A DNA stretch of 44,373 nt, the filler included, from Catajapyx aquilonaris (lineage: Eukaryota), in NCBI GenBank assembly GCA_000934665.2. It is 2 parts of 2 records of this genome, joined end to end, with 100 filler letters (N's around TTAATTAATTAA, not from the genome) between each part and the next. Parts side by side here need not be neighbours in the genome. Positions count along the whole stretch, not along the records: positions 21,791 to 44,373 come from JYFJ02006000.1; 1 more part is not named here. One strand, written 5' to 3'. The position numbers and the translations under genes are program-made. Positions 23,553 to 35,015 of this stretch are shown here, piece by piece; positions within the stretch are counted from its first letter, which is position 1, and each line of letters opens with the position of its first letter. Under the pieces are notes generated by a model. It did no database searches, was not told the DNA's origin, and saw nothing but the letters and a program-made list of their open reading frames with translations.

Positions 23553-24158
23553 CTTGTAGTGAAGTGAGCGAGCAAAGGTGTCTGAGTAGATGAGGTTCGG
23601 CCTAGATATCTTGGTGAGGGTGAGATCCTCCAGGCGTAGACCTGCAGGCCTTCCAGGAATAAATGGTTGCGGTTCTTCCATCACTTTTGCGGATCCTGAT
23701 GCCCTTTTGTACAGCCTTACAAGAGCAATGACCATGGCCGAGAGGATTAGAAACGCCATGGCCCCTCCGACGGCGGCGTACATGACGGCTTCTACGTCGG
23801 CGTGCACGGCGCTGGGTGTCGGCCGGGGCTTCAGGTTCACATCAGGTTCCTCTCTCATCACCCTAATTAGGTTGTATACCTCTCCAGACAGCTCCAGAAG
23901 AGTGGTGTTTGCCATCGCCAAGGTGTACAGTAGAGTGCTGGCACCTTCAATTCTCTCGATGCTGACGTTGACCATCAGCTGGCTAGGTGAGCAGAGGACG
24001 CCGTTTACGCGGATGTCGTCGAAGGCAGCCGACAGTCTGGCGGCCAGATTAAGTTTCAGGTACCGGACGAACGCATCTTCGCGGAGGGTAACAATGGTAC
24101 CGTTACCGGTCAGGATCAGGACGTACCAATGGTGACGCGGATGTGTAGATGTTGCGCC
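23553..24158 (-). CDS. Internal exon of an uncharacterised type I membrane protein (juxtamembrane globular domain, TM helix, start of cytoplasmic tail)
   Basis: CCTTTTCAG|GGC acceptor, AAG|GTTTGT donor, 606 nt, phase 0/0; WYVLILTGNGT..FVRYLKLNLAARLS..VNVS domain with N-glycosylation sequons; TM AVMYAAVGGAMAFLILSAMVIALVRLY followed by KR stop-transfer. Confidence 0.8.
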
Positions 24159-24246
24159 CTGAAAAGGTTTACTGGTTTTATTACTGCGTCCCTTGCCACG
24201 AAGGTTCATTAGAACTGTCACATTCATTTTAGAAGGGATGGCCTTA

Positions 24247-24317
<71 letters not shown>

Positions 24318-24526
24318 GTGCAAGGTGCAGTGCATCCACTAAGACGGTCATTTTGTGAGCTCCCCTGAGTGGATTAGTCTGTCGGAAATAATACCCGAAA
24401 CGAAGCCGGAGACGACCCAAGAACTCTGCACGAGATGAAGGGGGTAATCCCGGGTTGATGGGTTCGAACCCAGGACCTTAACATCCGTGGGCGGGTACGT
24501 TACCGCAAAGCCACTCCGTCTCCCCT
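24247..24526 (-). mobile_element. tRNA-derived SINE, family C, with (TTA)n tail
   Basis: Minus strand starts GGGGAGACGGAGTGGCTTTGCGGTAACG, B box GGTTCGAACCC; tail is the (AAT)n run 24247-24317; matches 14255 and 28912 copies. Confidence 0.88.
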
Positions 24527-24709
24527 ATAATAATTAATATTATCCTTTACGACCTGCCATATTTTCAGAATGGACATGGAGGAATTTGCATAATGATGGT
24601 GTAATTTCTACACACAAGGTGTAAATGAAATAAGTGCGCGTTTTTTGCGTAATGATATAGAGTGACTCGAAAGAAACATGTTTTGCCAATACACTTGGTG
24701 CCTGTCACA

Positions 24710-25860
24710 GTTCGATGCGACAATTTGGCCTCAGGGCCATCTAGAGCAGACTGTGGTTACCCGTTTTAACTGCAGTTGACCAAGGTGCTTTTCCCACCAA
24801 CCCATATCATATCCACAATGCACCTTGGTCCTAACCGAGCCTTCCTGTAGAGTAGATTGGGAAGGGAGAAAGAGACGAAAACGAGACGTAAACGAGACAG
24901 CTAGCAGAGGTGGTTGTCCTTACCAGCAGAAGACCTGACCGTTCCAGGGAAGGAGGGACCCCCATTCGACGGGGAGGGTCCTTGCAAGAAGGCAGACAGG
25001 GCAGTGGAAAAGGTATGTGGTGTGAGGGACAAGCCGTCCCAACAGCGATCACAACCTGTGCCGAGTGGATGCACCAGCCTCCTGACACATCCAGCCTAGC
25101 CCTGTGTCGACGGTAGTTTAATATAAAAGTCTCCGCTATGCGGAGAATTTGGCGCTGGCGCGCCTCCACAGGCATTTACTGGGGGGTCGCTTCGGGTTGG
25201 CCGCCTTCGGAACCAACCAAAATCGTTCTTTCCTCGGAGGGCGTTTGCAGACTGGTATTCGGATGGCTGGCAACGGTATATGCGTTCCAGCGCCAAAACT
25301 TTTATACTTAACTACCGTATCGTATGTGTGTCATGGGGCTGGGATGGACATAGCAGCCGTGGAGACGACACATGGAGTACTACGCATCCTGAGCCGAAAG
25401 GCGACAGAGAAAACATCCAAGAGGTCTGCAGCCAGGTGGCAAGGCTCCGAAGCAGCATGACAGTATTTTGGTTAGCAACGATGAGGGTGAAGAGAAGCCT
25501 GAAGGTAGTTGCAGCCAAGGAGCCGGATGACCGTTCGCAGCAATAGGCCTGGAAGTTCCATGCTGAGCTGTGATCCAGAGAAAGGTGATGTGGTGCTCTT
25601 GGAGACCACGTTGGTAAGCTGCAGCTGAGGTGAGACGGGTCGGAAGCCAGGGGGGAAAGCAGCGTCACCGTAAGTTGTTGGGGAGAAGTCCAGAGGTATC
25701 CTGGAAGGAACAGGGTCCTATGCAGTACGTCATGGCACAACAAGAGTGACAGAAGTGGCGTGGCAGCAGGAGGGTGTGAAAATGAGATGTAACCGGATGT
25801 AACACCCTGCCTGGCGTCTCGACAGTACCAGAGGAAGTGATTAGCAGCCAATAGTCAGGA
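24710..25860 (-). mobile_element. Probable decayed 3' end of a non-LTR retrotransposon, split by a MITE at ~25109-25318
   Basis: GC-richer block; minus frames give FRLRMRST and CDRC..(frameshift)..YLFHCP, resembling the RLRxGH and CCHC knuckle at LINE ORF2 C-termini. Internal inverted repeat ACGGTAGTTTAATATAAAAGT..TTGGCGCTGG / CCAGCGCCAA..ACTTTTATACTTAACTACCGT. Confidence 0.45.
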
Positions 25861-26250
25861 CGTTAAGAGACTAAAAATGTGTCAACTGTGCATTTGGTGA
25901 GGAGAGCAAGAAATTTGGTACAAATGTCCCTGAGACCATATACTCTTCACATTCAGATATGGCGCCACGCCCGTTTTCGCCCTGGAGGCCCGTAATTGCG
26001 GGTTGGCTACCTTGAAGAGAGTGAAAAGTATTTTTCTGAGCGAACTATGCTTCTCAGGAGGATATGTGCCAAAGAAAGGTTGTATAGAGAAACATGTAGG
26101 TATTCTACAAAAAGTATAGAGTACCTTTTCCACGTGGAGTCCTTATAGCACAGGTATTTTAGGATTTGACCCGGTAAAAAAATAATGTAAATCTGAAAAT
26201 TGGAGGAAATGTTCTGTTGAGTGTGATGAACAACATACTAAAAGTCCTAA

Positions 26251-26512
26251 AGGCCGCTTCACAAATTCGGCGGAAAGCTGAGCGGGCGGAAAGCGCCGCC
26301 ATCTTGCCTCCTCCAACCGCCTGCTATCCGCCCGCGCGAGTCCATCCAGATGGACTCGAGCGGTTCCTACCGCTCCCCACCGCTCAGAGTTTCCGCCCGC
26401 AGCGTCACCGCCGAATTTGTGAATTGCCAGCGCTCACATTCCGAGTCCCAAAAGCACGCTTTCCGCCCGCTTTCCGCCCGCTCAGCCATCCGCCGAATTT
26501 GTGAAGCAGCCT
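26251..26512. mobile_element. PIF/Harbinger-type MITE
   Basis: TAA|AGGCCGCTTCACAAATTCGGCGGA ... TCCGCCGAATTTGTGAAGCAGCCT|TAA; 3-bp TAA TSD; internal TCCGCCCGC repeats. Confidence 0.88.
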
Positions 26513-27269
26513 TAAAGAGCTCCTATGCCGGCGTCATGTTTTTTTCGGCGCAAGAAGTACATAAGTCACACTCGCCATAGAATTGGCTATAAATGAAAAA
26601 CTACTCCTCCGATTTTGTTCGGATTTCTCTTAAAGTGTGCAGGATTGGATGCCAAACGATCTTGGGAGGTCAACATGCCACCCTCAGGTCTAGGGGGCCA
26701 TGAAAATGACCGCCCAATTTGAATGTTTCGCGTCGCACTTCAAAGACATCAAAATAATACGTCCTGCGCAACTGACTCGACAAAATGTGTAGGGCCTAAC
26801 ATGCTTCCCCGTACTTTCCCCTTTCCAGCGATATCTCTGGCATGTTTGTGCGATCATCTGTTTCACAACTGTAACACATTATGATAGCGCTCGTGCAGCC
26901 GTCATCGCTCCATCCGAGCCTCGCTCAATTCGTGTCTCCTTCTGATGGTTAGAAGCAAAATTAGAAACAAGTTGCTAACAAGCCTTTTTAGACTAATTCG
27001 ACCATGCTGATTTCGGAAATCGCTGTTAGCCCTCTGGATTTTGGGTCCTTGTGCCCCCAAAAACATGAATGGCGTCCAAGATTACGCCATTTCCCAAAAT
27101 TGCAACGTTTTGGCGTGTTTTACCCTCTAAATATCTCAAGCAAGGTATGGTTTTAGGGGTTTTCTGGGTCGCTAAGATCAGCCATGGTTGACCCAAAGCC
27201 ATATGACACGTCATCAGAATCAGAAAATCTGAAATTGCGGGTACTTTTACATAAGGCTGTCACAGAATA

Positions 27270-27598
27270 CGAGGGCTGTTCCACAGACGTTCAATTTTAA
27301 ATATTGGCCTATTTATCTTTCAATCAACTGGTTCTCATAAGTTACTAAAGACTGATTCAGAAACTCTGGGTATCGGTTGTGAGTAGAATGTGGATGAATT
27401 ATTGAATGTCCTCCCGGACATGTTTTCGTGCGTAATGGATGGGCAGTATTGGTCTGGATGGCTCCTATTTTCCCAGGTAACTTGGTTTTGATGCAACCAT
27501 AATCTCTAAGCTAGCCTGATTATGCAAGTACATCTATACAATTTCAGCATTTTTTCATTGTAAATAGGCCAATGTTTAAAATTGAACGTCTGTGGAAC
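27270..27598. mobile_element. Mariner-type MITE (right end truncated)
   Basis: TA|CGAGGGCTGTTCCACAGACGTTCAATTTTAAATATTGGCCTATTTA ... TAAATAGGCCAATGTTTAAAATTGAACGTCTGTGGAAC. Confidence 0.75.
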
Positions 27599-27936
27599 GA
27601 AGTAATTTAGCATGAACTATCCAAGCTGCTGGTAACTCATTTTTTGACATTTTCGAAGATCCTAGTTTTGGCAATGACCTGCTCAATTTTGTTATCTGAA
27701 AGGTCATCACTAAACATAAACCATAACACTGTGCAACAAAAATCAACTTTGTTTTCTACCTATGGAAATTCATCGCTATCTTCATGTTCCTTAGGTCACT
27801 CGTAACTCATAAATCATAATGACCATTCATTTTGTCTTCGATTTGTTTTTGTCCTCGGGGCAGTCAAATGACCAAAATCCCCAAATATAGAGGTTTTTCC
27901 CAATCAAGTGGGCCTAAATGTGTCTAGAATCTAGAC

Positions 27937-28318
27937 CAGGGATGGGCAAACTACGGCCCGCGAAGACAATTTGTGCTGCCAGCGCAAAAATTTCGGTATT
28001 CCTGAAAATGTTGAAAAATTAAAATTCCAAAATTTTATGCCTGTGCCTTTCTATTTAATTCTTTTTAATCCACAAAAACATTGTTTTTTATTTATACAGG
28101 CCATTTGCATTGATATAAGTTATTTAGTTAATTTTATCGATTTTCAGAGAATTTACTGATAATTTATCCAATTAATGGAAGTTCATTTAAAACGATGGAT
28201 ATATAATTGTAAACTTTTTTATAAGTTGAAATTTCTTTTGTTAGATGCGGCTCGTCGATTTTTTTTAAATATATTAATTTCTATGTGGCCCACGGAGAAA
28301 AAAGTTTGCCCACCCCTG
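27937..28318. mobile_element. hAT/Charlie-type MITE
   Basis: CAGGGATGGGCAAACT..CGGCCCGCG ... AGTTTGCCCACCCCTG; 8-bp flanks ATCTAGAC / GCCTAGAC with the central CTAG typical of Charlie targets. Confidence 0.85.
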
Positions 28319-28606
28319 GCCTAGACCATCTCGGATATTGCTGAAGAAAATCACAGCTGTACACACAAAATAATTGTAATTAGGAATTACCGTGTAGAGG
28401 GAAAAAAATCGCGAAAATAAGGAAATGGGGCCTTTTCTGGATAATTTTTTCGGTTACTGAAAGTGGTCAAAACTCATTCAACATATACGGCGTACTCGTA
28501 CATCAAATGAAAGAGAAATAGTATTTGTTTTCCTCTCAAATGTAACCAGAAAAACGGGTGTGGCATTCCATCGATCACATAATTCATACTCAGTCACATA
28601 TCCAAG

Positions 28607-28761
28607 CAAGGGGGTAATCACTTCGGTACTCCGGTGTACACCTGCGAGTGGTACTCCCTGGTACTCCTCAGGTACCTCACTCTTTATTACCCCTTGGTAC
28701 TCCTTGAATTTGGTACTCCAGTGTACACTTTTCAGTCGAGTGATTACCCCCCCCCCCCTTG
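28607..28761. mobile_element. Tiny MITE with 8-bp TSD (P- or hAT-like)
   Basis: CAAGGGGGTAATCACT ... AGTGATTACCCC(n)TTG; flanks TATCCAAG / TGTCCAAG; internal GGTACTCC repeated five times. Confidence 0.7.
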
Positions 28762-28911
28762 TGTCCAAGTATTTAGACCCCAACAATATTAGTGATGTAT
28801 TTGCGTAAGAGCAGCCATATTTGGTGACAGATATGTTGTGACCCATACTAGATTTAATATGTTTAGTTTCAATCCTGGGTCATGCATGGCTCGCAATAAT
28901 ATGTAATTTAT

Positions 28912-29095
28912 GGGGGAGATGAAGTGGCGCCGCGGTAACGCGCGCGCCCACGGATATTAAGGTCCCGGGTTCCAGAGTTGGGCCATCTCTGGCTTCATTT
29001 CGGGTGGCAATTTCCGACAGACTAAGCCACCCGGGGGAGTTCACAAAATGACGATTAGAGACATTGCACTTGCACTTTGCACATCCCCTCCCACC
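28912..29095 (+). mobile_element. tRNA-derived SINE, family C (internal deletion)
   Basis: GGGGGAGATGAAGTGGCGCCGCGGTAACG..CACGGATATTAAGGTCCCGGGTTC..TTTCCGACAGACTAA..TGCACTTTGCAC matches the 24247-24526 copy. Confidence 0.85.
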
Positions 29096-29136
29096 CACCC
29101 TTGGAGTACACTAATTCGTGGGGTAATGAAATATAT

Positions 29137-29138
<2 letters not shown>

Positions 29139-29206
<68 letters not shown>
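29139..29206. repeat. (TA)n microsatellite
   Basis: Direct reading. Confidence 0.95.
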
Positions 29207-29210
<4 letters not shown>

Positions 29211-29217
29211 GTGCGTG

Positions 29218-29822
29218 TACAGGTCTTGCATTAGCTCAGGGGACGGAAGTTTTTGTGTTTTTGTGATTTTACTATAGCTGTGGGGACATTTTCAGGTCCC
29301 CACTAAAAAAAACACGCGCTGTGTACTATTACAGTGGGGACGTGAAAAAAATAGTGGGGACATGTCCCCACTATTTTCATTCGCAGGGTTTCACGAAAGT
29401 CCATTTTTCTCAGCCTAGGTGAGTGAGGGTAGGGTAGTTTAGGTAGGGTAGGGTAGGGCAGGGCAGGGTAGGGTAGGTTAGGTTAGTTAACACTAGCTTC
29501 GAAAAGTTGAATTTTCACGTCCCCACAGCTAATTCAGAACAGGTGTGTGTGGGTGTGTGTGTGTGTGTGTGTGTGTGTGTNATGTGTAAATTAGTGGGGA
29601 CATGTCCCCACTATTTTCATTTGTAGGGTTTCACAAAAGTCCATTTTTCTCAGCCTAGGTTACTTAGGGTAGGGTAGGTTAGGTAGGGTAGGTTAGGTTA
29701 GGTTAGGTTAGGCTAGGTTAGATCAGTTTAGGTTAGGTTAGATCAGTTTACACTCGCAGTGAAAAGTGATCAATGTCCGTCCCCACGCCTTAGTCAAGAC
29801 AAGAGTGTGTGTGTGTGTGTGT
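29218..29822. mobile_element. Two tandem copies of a CACTA/EnSpm-like non-autonomous element with GGTAG/GGTTA pentamer arrays, embedded in (TG)n
   Basis: Repeated GTGGGGAC/GTCCCCAC motifs; 29352-29530 is duplicated at 29592-29790; each copy ends in (TG)n; ATTAGCT..GGGGACG / CGTCCCC..AGCTAAT inverted ends. Confidence 0.55.
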
Positions 29823-29975
29823 GTGTTTTTCAGATATGCCATTAATTTTCAAGAACCCATATTCTTGAACATGCGACCCGCATGGAACGCCACACACGTT
29901 TTTCTGGTCACAATTCAGAGGAAACCAAATTTCATACTCGTGTGTCTCTTTCATGTAATGTACTGTATACGTTGA

Positions 29976-30880
29976 CTAGCAGAGGAGCCCGTTCTTCGCA
30001 CGGCCTGTTTCCATGATAATCACCAACAAAATGCTGTTGCCATGGGCAAACAAAAAACAAAGAAACTTTGCCTTACATACATAGATTATCAAAACATGAT
30101 ATTTATTTATTTATTTATAGCAGCAAACCCGTGTGTAGTGTCTGGTACATTATATGTTGAACTAGAACTAGGTGTCAGTCAACGTACACGGAAGTGATCG
30201 AAAGCGGAGGGATAATTGGACAGTGTTATGCAGTAATGGGTCAAACCACAAAAATGTCAAAATGAGTTATGCCCAGGAACATGCACCCAAAGGATAGTAC
30301 TGGTAGCCTACTTCATTCAGTTAAAATCAAGGTAGCAAAATCTGCATCCTTCTGCCACAAATGACCGAAAAGTTGACTCATGAATGGTGTGCATGGAAGG
30401 TGTTATGCAATGATTTGTCAACCCACAAAAATGTCAAAATTGTGCCAAGACAAGGAACATATACCTAAAGCAGAGGTTCTTAACCTTTTCTGGCCTCCGG
30501 ACCCCTTTGCAGACAATATATTGGTCCTTGTTGCACCCGCTATACCAGGGGTAATTGATTAAGTTCATACGAGTAGTTAGACGCTTTGACCAGTTATTAG
30601 CTCTTGGTTAGGTTAAGTCCAGAGGTGCACCTTGCTCGCACCCCCCAGGGAAGCCACCTCGCACCCCCTGGAGGTGCGGGCACTCCAGGCTAAGAACCTC
30701 TGACCTAAAGGATCCTACTTACGTAATTCAGTTAAAATCACGCTGATGAAATCTGCATACTTCTGCCATAAATGATCGAAAAGAACACTGAATTAATTTC
30801 GCAGGCATGACCTTCAAAGCCCCTTTTCTCAAAACTCTTCTCATGTGGGTTGACGCATTATTGCATAACACCGTCCAATA
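29976..30880 (-). mobile_element. Non-autonomous Helitron-like element (3' end at 29976)
   Basis: Minus strand ends CCGTGCGAAGAACGGG (hairpin) CTCCTCTGCTAG|T, the canonical Helitron 3' signature; internal ~180-bp direct repeat (30215, 30395) and an inverted copy at ~30843-30877. 5' boundary uncertain. Confidence 0.6.
30471..30702. mobile_element. hAT MITE
   Basis: CAGAGGTTCTTAACCT ... AGGCTAAGAACCTCTG with perfect 8-bp TSD ACCTAAAG. Confidence 0.9.
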
Positions 30881-31192
30881 TCAAATACAGTGGGTACCCG
30901 TTTCACGCCGTTCCATTTTACGCCGTTCCACATTAATGTCGGTATGAAAATAACATTATAAAATTTTTAAATTGAAAAATTGTGAAAAATATGACGATAT
31001 AACAACTAAACACTAAACTAAACTAAACTAAACACAATCTGAACATATAAGCAGAACACTTCAACACTTTTGGGTCCAAACGCACGACCATAAAATAATT
31101 CTATTATTTTGTCTTTCGTGGTGCTATCTTGTGGCGGGTTCTATCGATAAATACAGTACTGTATTGTTGGTCTCATCCACGGCCATAGAAGA

Positions 31193-31552
31193 TAAGGTCT
31201 GGACACTCCCACCTACCCCCTGGCGACGAGTTTTGCAGAAGGTGCTCACTTGAGAGCGCGATGAGACATTTCACTCTCCGTTTAACTGGCGACCCTACCG
31301 GACTAACGCTGAACTTTATAGGTACAAAACTAACAAAAGGGAAGCGCTACACTGGTGGACCTAACATGGTCGCCGGCGGCCATTTTGTGCCCGCATGTAG
31401 CGCTTCCTTTTTATACCTATAAAGTTCAGCGTTAGTCCGGTAGGGTCGCCAGTTAAACGGAGAGTGAAATGTCTCATGGCGCTCTCAAGTGAGCACCTTC
31501 TGCAAAACGCGTCGGCAGGTGATAACAGCAGAAGGTAGTATGAGTGTCCGGG
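31193..31552. mobile_element. Palindromic MITE nested in the pogo-type element
   Basis: ~100-bp near-perfect arms TTTTGCAGAAGGTGCTCACTTGAGAGCG..CTGAACTTTATAGGTA / TACCTATAAAGTTCAG..CGCTCTCAAGTGAGCACCTTCTGCAAAA; relative at 1-172. Confidence 0.85.
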
Positions 31553-31766
31553 GGCTGGTCTGATCGGACCCCTCCGAAGTCTGTCAAATACCCTACGTCT
31601 GCTGCAGTTCTTGCCAAAAGAAGGGAAAAGAGGCCTCAGAACCAGATGACCCTTAACCTGGATTTACGTGCATTATATAGTATGTTTGATATAGTCGGCA
31701 TTAAAAACTGCAATTTAAGCACTGTATCAGGGAAATTTTTGGAAATCCTAGAACCCATCTCATTTA

Positions 31767-32369
31767 CAGTAAAACTTCTATAAGTCGAAGTTCTCTATAA
31801 CTCGAAGAAAATGACGAGCTTGGTTGGTCACAATGTAAAAGAATAGGAAATAAACTTCCCTAACTCGAATTTCTATAACTCGAAGTTCTCCATAACTCGA
31901 AGTGCAGGCAGGGCCTTACGATGGGATATCAATGCATTTTCAGTCTCCCTAAGTCCAAGTTCATGTTGGCGAGTACGGAAAATTGTCTCATTTCCCAGCC
32001 GAAGGGTCGAGAGTAGGCCACATGTACAGAAAGGCTCAATTTCCTCATCTCCGTCTACCAGACGTACCGAAAGAAGTGTTTGACTCGATTGTGACAATTG
32101 AATCCTTTATTAAGAGTTAGAGCTGATCTAAGAGTAGACAAATGTCCATAACGGAGTTTTTTTTACAACAAAACTGTGACTACCACACTACAATGTTCCT
32201 CATTGTCATTTTTAAGTTTTGAACACCTTTCGTTGCTGGATAATTATAAAGGTAGGCTTCCTTATAGAGTTCTGTGCTTCAAAAATTCCAAACTTCTCTA
32301 ACTCGAATCTTCTATAACTCGAAGTTTTTTCCCGGTCCCATGGAGATTCGACTTATAGAAGTTTTACTG
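31767..32369. mobile_element. Tigger-like MITE, copy 1
   Basis: TA|CAGTAAAACTTCTATAAGTCGAA ... TTCGACTTATAGAAGTTTTACTG|TA; TAACTCGAA subrepeats; second copy at 37410-37985. Confidence 0.9.
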
Positions 32370-33353
32370 TATTCCCATTATAATTTTGTCTCGTTTTACG
32401 CCTTTTCATTTTACGCCGCGTTTTGCGAGAACCAATTACCGGCGTAAAACGGGTACTACCTGTATCTATATGGGGAGCCTTGGGAGCCCGTTCGTAAGTA
32501 CAGATCGCAGTAAATCATACTGCAATAAGTCCAGTAGGCCATTATCAAAACCAGGCGACCTATTATAGAACACCAGGAAACGCGAATGTCTGGTTTTGCG
32601 CTTTTTATTTACGACCCAGGGAAAAATATTATTTCCATGTTCATTGTATGCTTTGCCATGTCTCCTATCACATATCCAGAGCACGGAAATCATGATCCAT
32701 AAACAAAATCACAAGGATCAATTGAATATTATGATAGCGTGCTGGTTGTGAAACGGCCAAGAAAGATTCCCTATACGGGAAGTACCCGTTTTACGCCGCT
32801 CCATTTTACGCCATTTCACATTAACCCCAGGTTTAAAATTACATTTGAAAATTTTGTATTGGAATATTTTGAAATATTTGTTGACAACACAATCTGAACA
32901 TGAACGTATCACTTCAACACTTCTGAGACCAAACACACGAACGTATACCTGCTCTTTTGCTTTTCCTGGCGCCTTGTGGCAGGTTCTATGGATATGCACT
33001 GTACAGTACTGTATTGTTCGGTATTGTTGATCTCGGCACTCCCCGAAGTACTCCAACCGTTGTTACAATACCCTACGTGTACTGCAATTATTCTTGCCAA
33101 CCTGCCCGTTGTTCTATTGTTTTCATTGTTGAATATGCAATGTTGATTAGGCTATTTTCGAACACGAGTGAGAAAGGCAGATCCTTCTTTTTGGCTTGTT
33201 GACAGCGAAGGTTGCTAGGTAATTGCAAAGGCTGCTGAAAACGGCACAATGATTCGCTTCTTTAGATTGGAGCAGATCACTGAAACTTGGCAATCCAGGG
33301 GAGTTTGATCGAAATGGCTGCTGTCCAGCCACTCTAATATATTGTCATTCAAT

Positions 33354-33687
33354 GGGGGAGGTGTGGTGGCCGAGATGGTAACGTCTCGGCTTGCTGAGTG
33401 AAAGGCCCCAGGTTCGATCCCCGCCTGGGGAACTTTCCTTTCACCTGCGTCGGGAGGGTCTCTGACCTGCACCAAGGAGGTGTCTGGCAACCTGACCTCC
33501 TGGGGGACTGCACATGGCCCAAAGGCTAGGACAATGCACCTGCACAAGTGTCCCCTCCCCAACAATCCCTTTCCCTACCCTATATCCTGAACAAGTCCTT
33601 GCACGGAGATTGAAGAAATACGGAGAACTGATGGTGGTATGCCACCCCCTATAGCTCCCGTAAGGGACATCACGGGGTAATTAAAAA
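33354..33687 (+). mobile_element. tRNA-derived SINE, family B (full length)
   Basis: A box TGGCCGAGATGG, B box GGTTCGATCCC, A-rich tail; long TSD AATATATTGTCATTCAAT(GG) at 33336 and 33688; further copies at 35016 and 44278. Confidence 0.9.
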
Positions 33688-34430
33688 AATATATTGTCAT
33701 TCAATGGAAGAATGCTTCTAACAGGTGACCTTCAACGCGTTCAACATATTGGAGCAAGGGTTCGGCCTTGCTTTGCCAACGAACGCCATTTTGAATCCCT
33801 CTTTCTCTCTCTCCTCTCTCTCTCTCTTATCGGGGGATTGGAGGAGAGAGAAAGAGAAGAGAGGGAGAGATACGCGATTGTATATACGCACGCGGCATAT
33901 CAAGATGGGGGGTTGTATTTCGCACGTTTGACACTCGCGAGGCATTTGCCCAACGCTATTATTCTTACAACATTTTTACGGTGTAAAACCCACATAAATT
34001 GTCGTTGGCGCAACTGTCATTATGATACGGTGCCCCATGTGGCAACATATTTTGAATACTACCGAGGCCGCCAGATAGCACCACCTACCACATCAAAGAT
34101 ACAGTGAGTGGCGAACACAGCGGGGTATAGCGTAAAACTAGGTGCATAGAATATACACTACAAGATGAGCCTAATTTTTGTCGTTTGGGTTGTGGGGCTA
34201 CTAAGGGTAACCTTGAACAGGTCCTTTCAGCGCTCTCCGTACCCGGGAAGTGGCACCATTCCCAAATTTCCAAATTTCACTTCGACAGCTATAGCTGCAG
34301 TATTTATTTTGCTACTGCGCCCCCTTAAATAGAATAAGACAGTATAGTCTAGTACTGATAAGAACAATGCCAAGTTCACTCTGCTGGGTTACATGGCGAT
34401 TCTGAATTTCTTTGGATTACCCTGGATTAC

Positions 34431-34771
34431 CTGAGTGGCTATCCCATCAGTTTCTTGTCTTCTGGTTTGTTGTGTAGCAGCTGTTGTTCTTACTGTCGTA
34501 ATAACTTCAGTGGTTGTCATTTTGGGTGATGGCTTGCTTCCTCCTGATTGGTCACTTAGGTCCGAAGATATGGGGTAATCGTGAACCATGGTGGTCGATG
34601 TAGAGACGTTGACAAAAGTTACGTCTGTACTGGACTCCAGGATATTGTCGCTGGTAGCTGTGTTGCTGGAGGGAGTGAAGCTGGAGCTGGAGTCCACACG
34701 TAACGACCACCTCTCTTCCAGTAGGGACGGCCAGGGCGTTATGTCAGTCACATTGTCGCCTACCGTAGTCT
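34431..34771 (-). CDS. Ser/Thr-rich (mucin-like) exon, probably upstream exon of the membrane protein at 23553-24158
   Basis: AACTATCAG|AG acceptor; CAG|GTAATC phase-0 donor compatible with the 24158 acceptor; TTVGDNVTDITPWPS..TTTEVITTVRTTAATQQ..GIATQ. Confidence 0.68.
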
Positions 34772-35015
34772 CTGATAGTTACAAATGCAATACATCAATT
34801 AAGTTGGTCATGGCATAACCTCTGCTTGAAGGTGCCTAACAATAGGGGAGATAAAGGATATAATGTGTCCAGCACTGTACGTAGAGTGCATGTAAGTTAC
34901 TAGTACAACACTCTAAAAATCGCCACGGCTTGGACTTAGAGTAAGGGAGTAAGTGAGTCAGTAGTAACACTTTTTAGACTGGATTTTTAAATTCAGTTAC
35001 ATATGCATTTAGGCA

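Larger units (their letters stand above)
30888..32462. mobile_element. pogo/Tigger-type MITE hosting nested insertions
   Basis: TA|CAGTGGGTACCCGTTTCACGCCG ... CGGCGTAAAACGGGTACTACCTG|TA; TTTTACGCC subrepeats; a partial second copy starts at ~32775. Confidence 0.75.

Noticed and set aside
23590..24135. 181-aa plus-strand ORF
   Set aside because: Antisense shadow of the GC-rich membrane-protein exon.
24159..24335. Poly-Leu 'signal peptide' at the start of the 277-aa ORF
   Set aside because: It is the (TTA)n tail of SINE C read in frame; the real exon starts at the 24158 acceptor.
29410..29750. True telomere or CRISPR-like array
   Set aside because: Short, degenerate and internal to a duplicated transposon-like unit; no repeat-spacer structure, and the DNA is eukaryotic.
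31873..32097. Duplicated ORF also seen at 37514-37759
   Set aside because: Both lie inside copies of the same Tigger-like MITE; conservation reflects repeat identity.
33354..33432. Possible tRNA genes (also 8330-8408, 44278-44355)
   Set aside because: A/B boxes present but no proper cloverleaf acceptor stem; they continue into SINE bodies with tails and TSDs.
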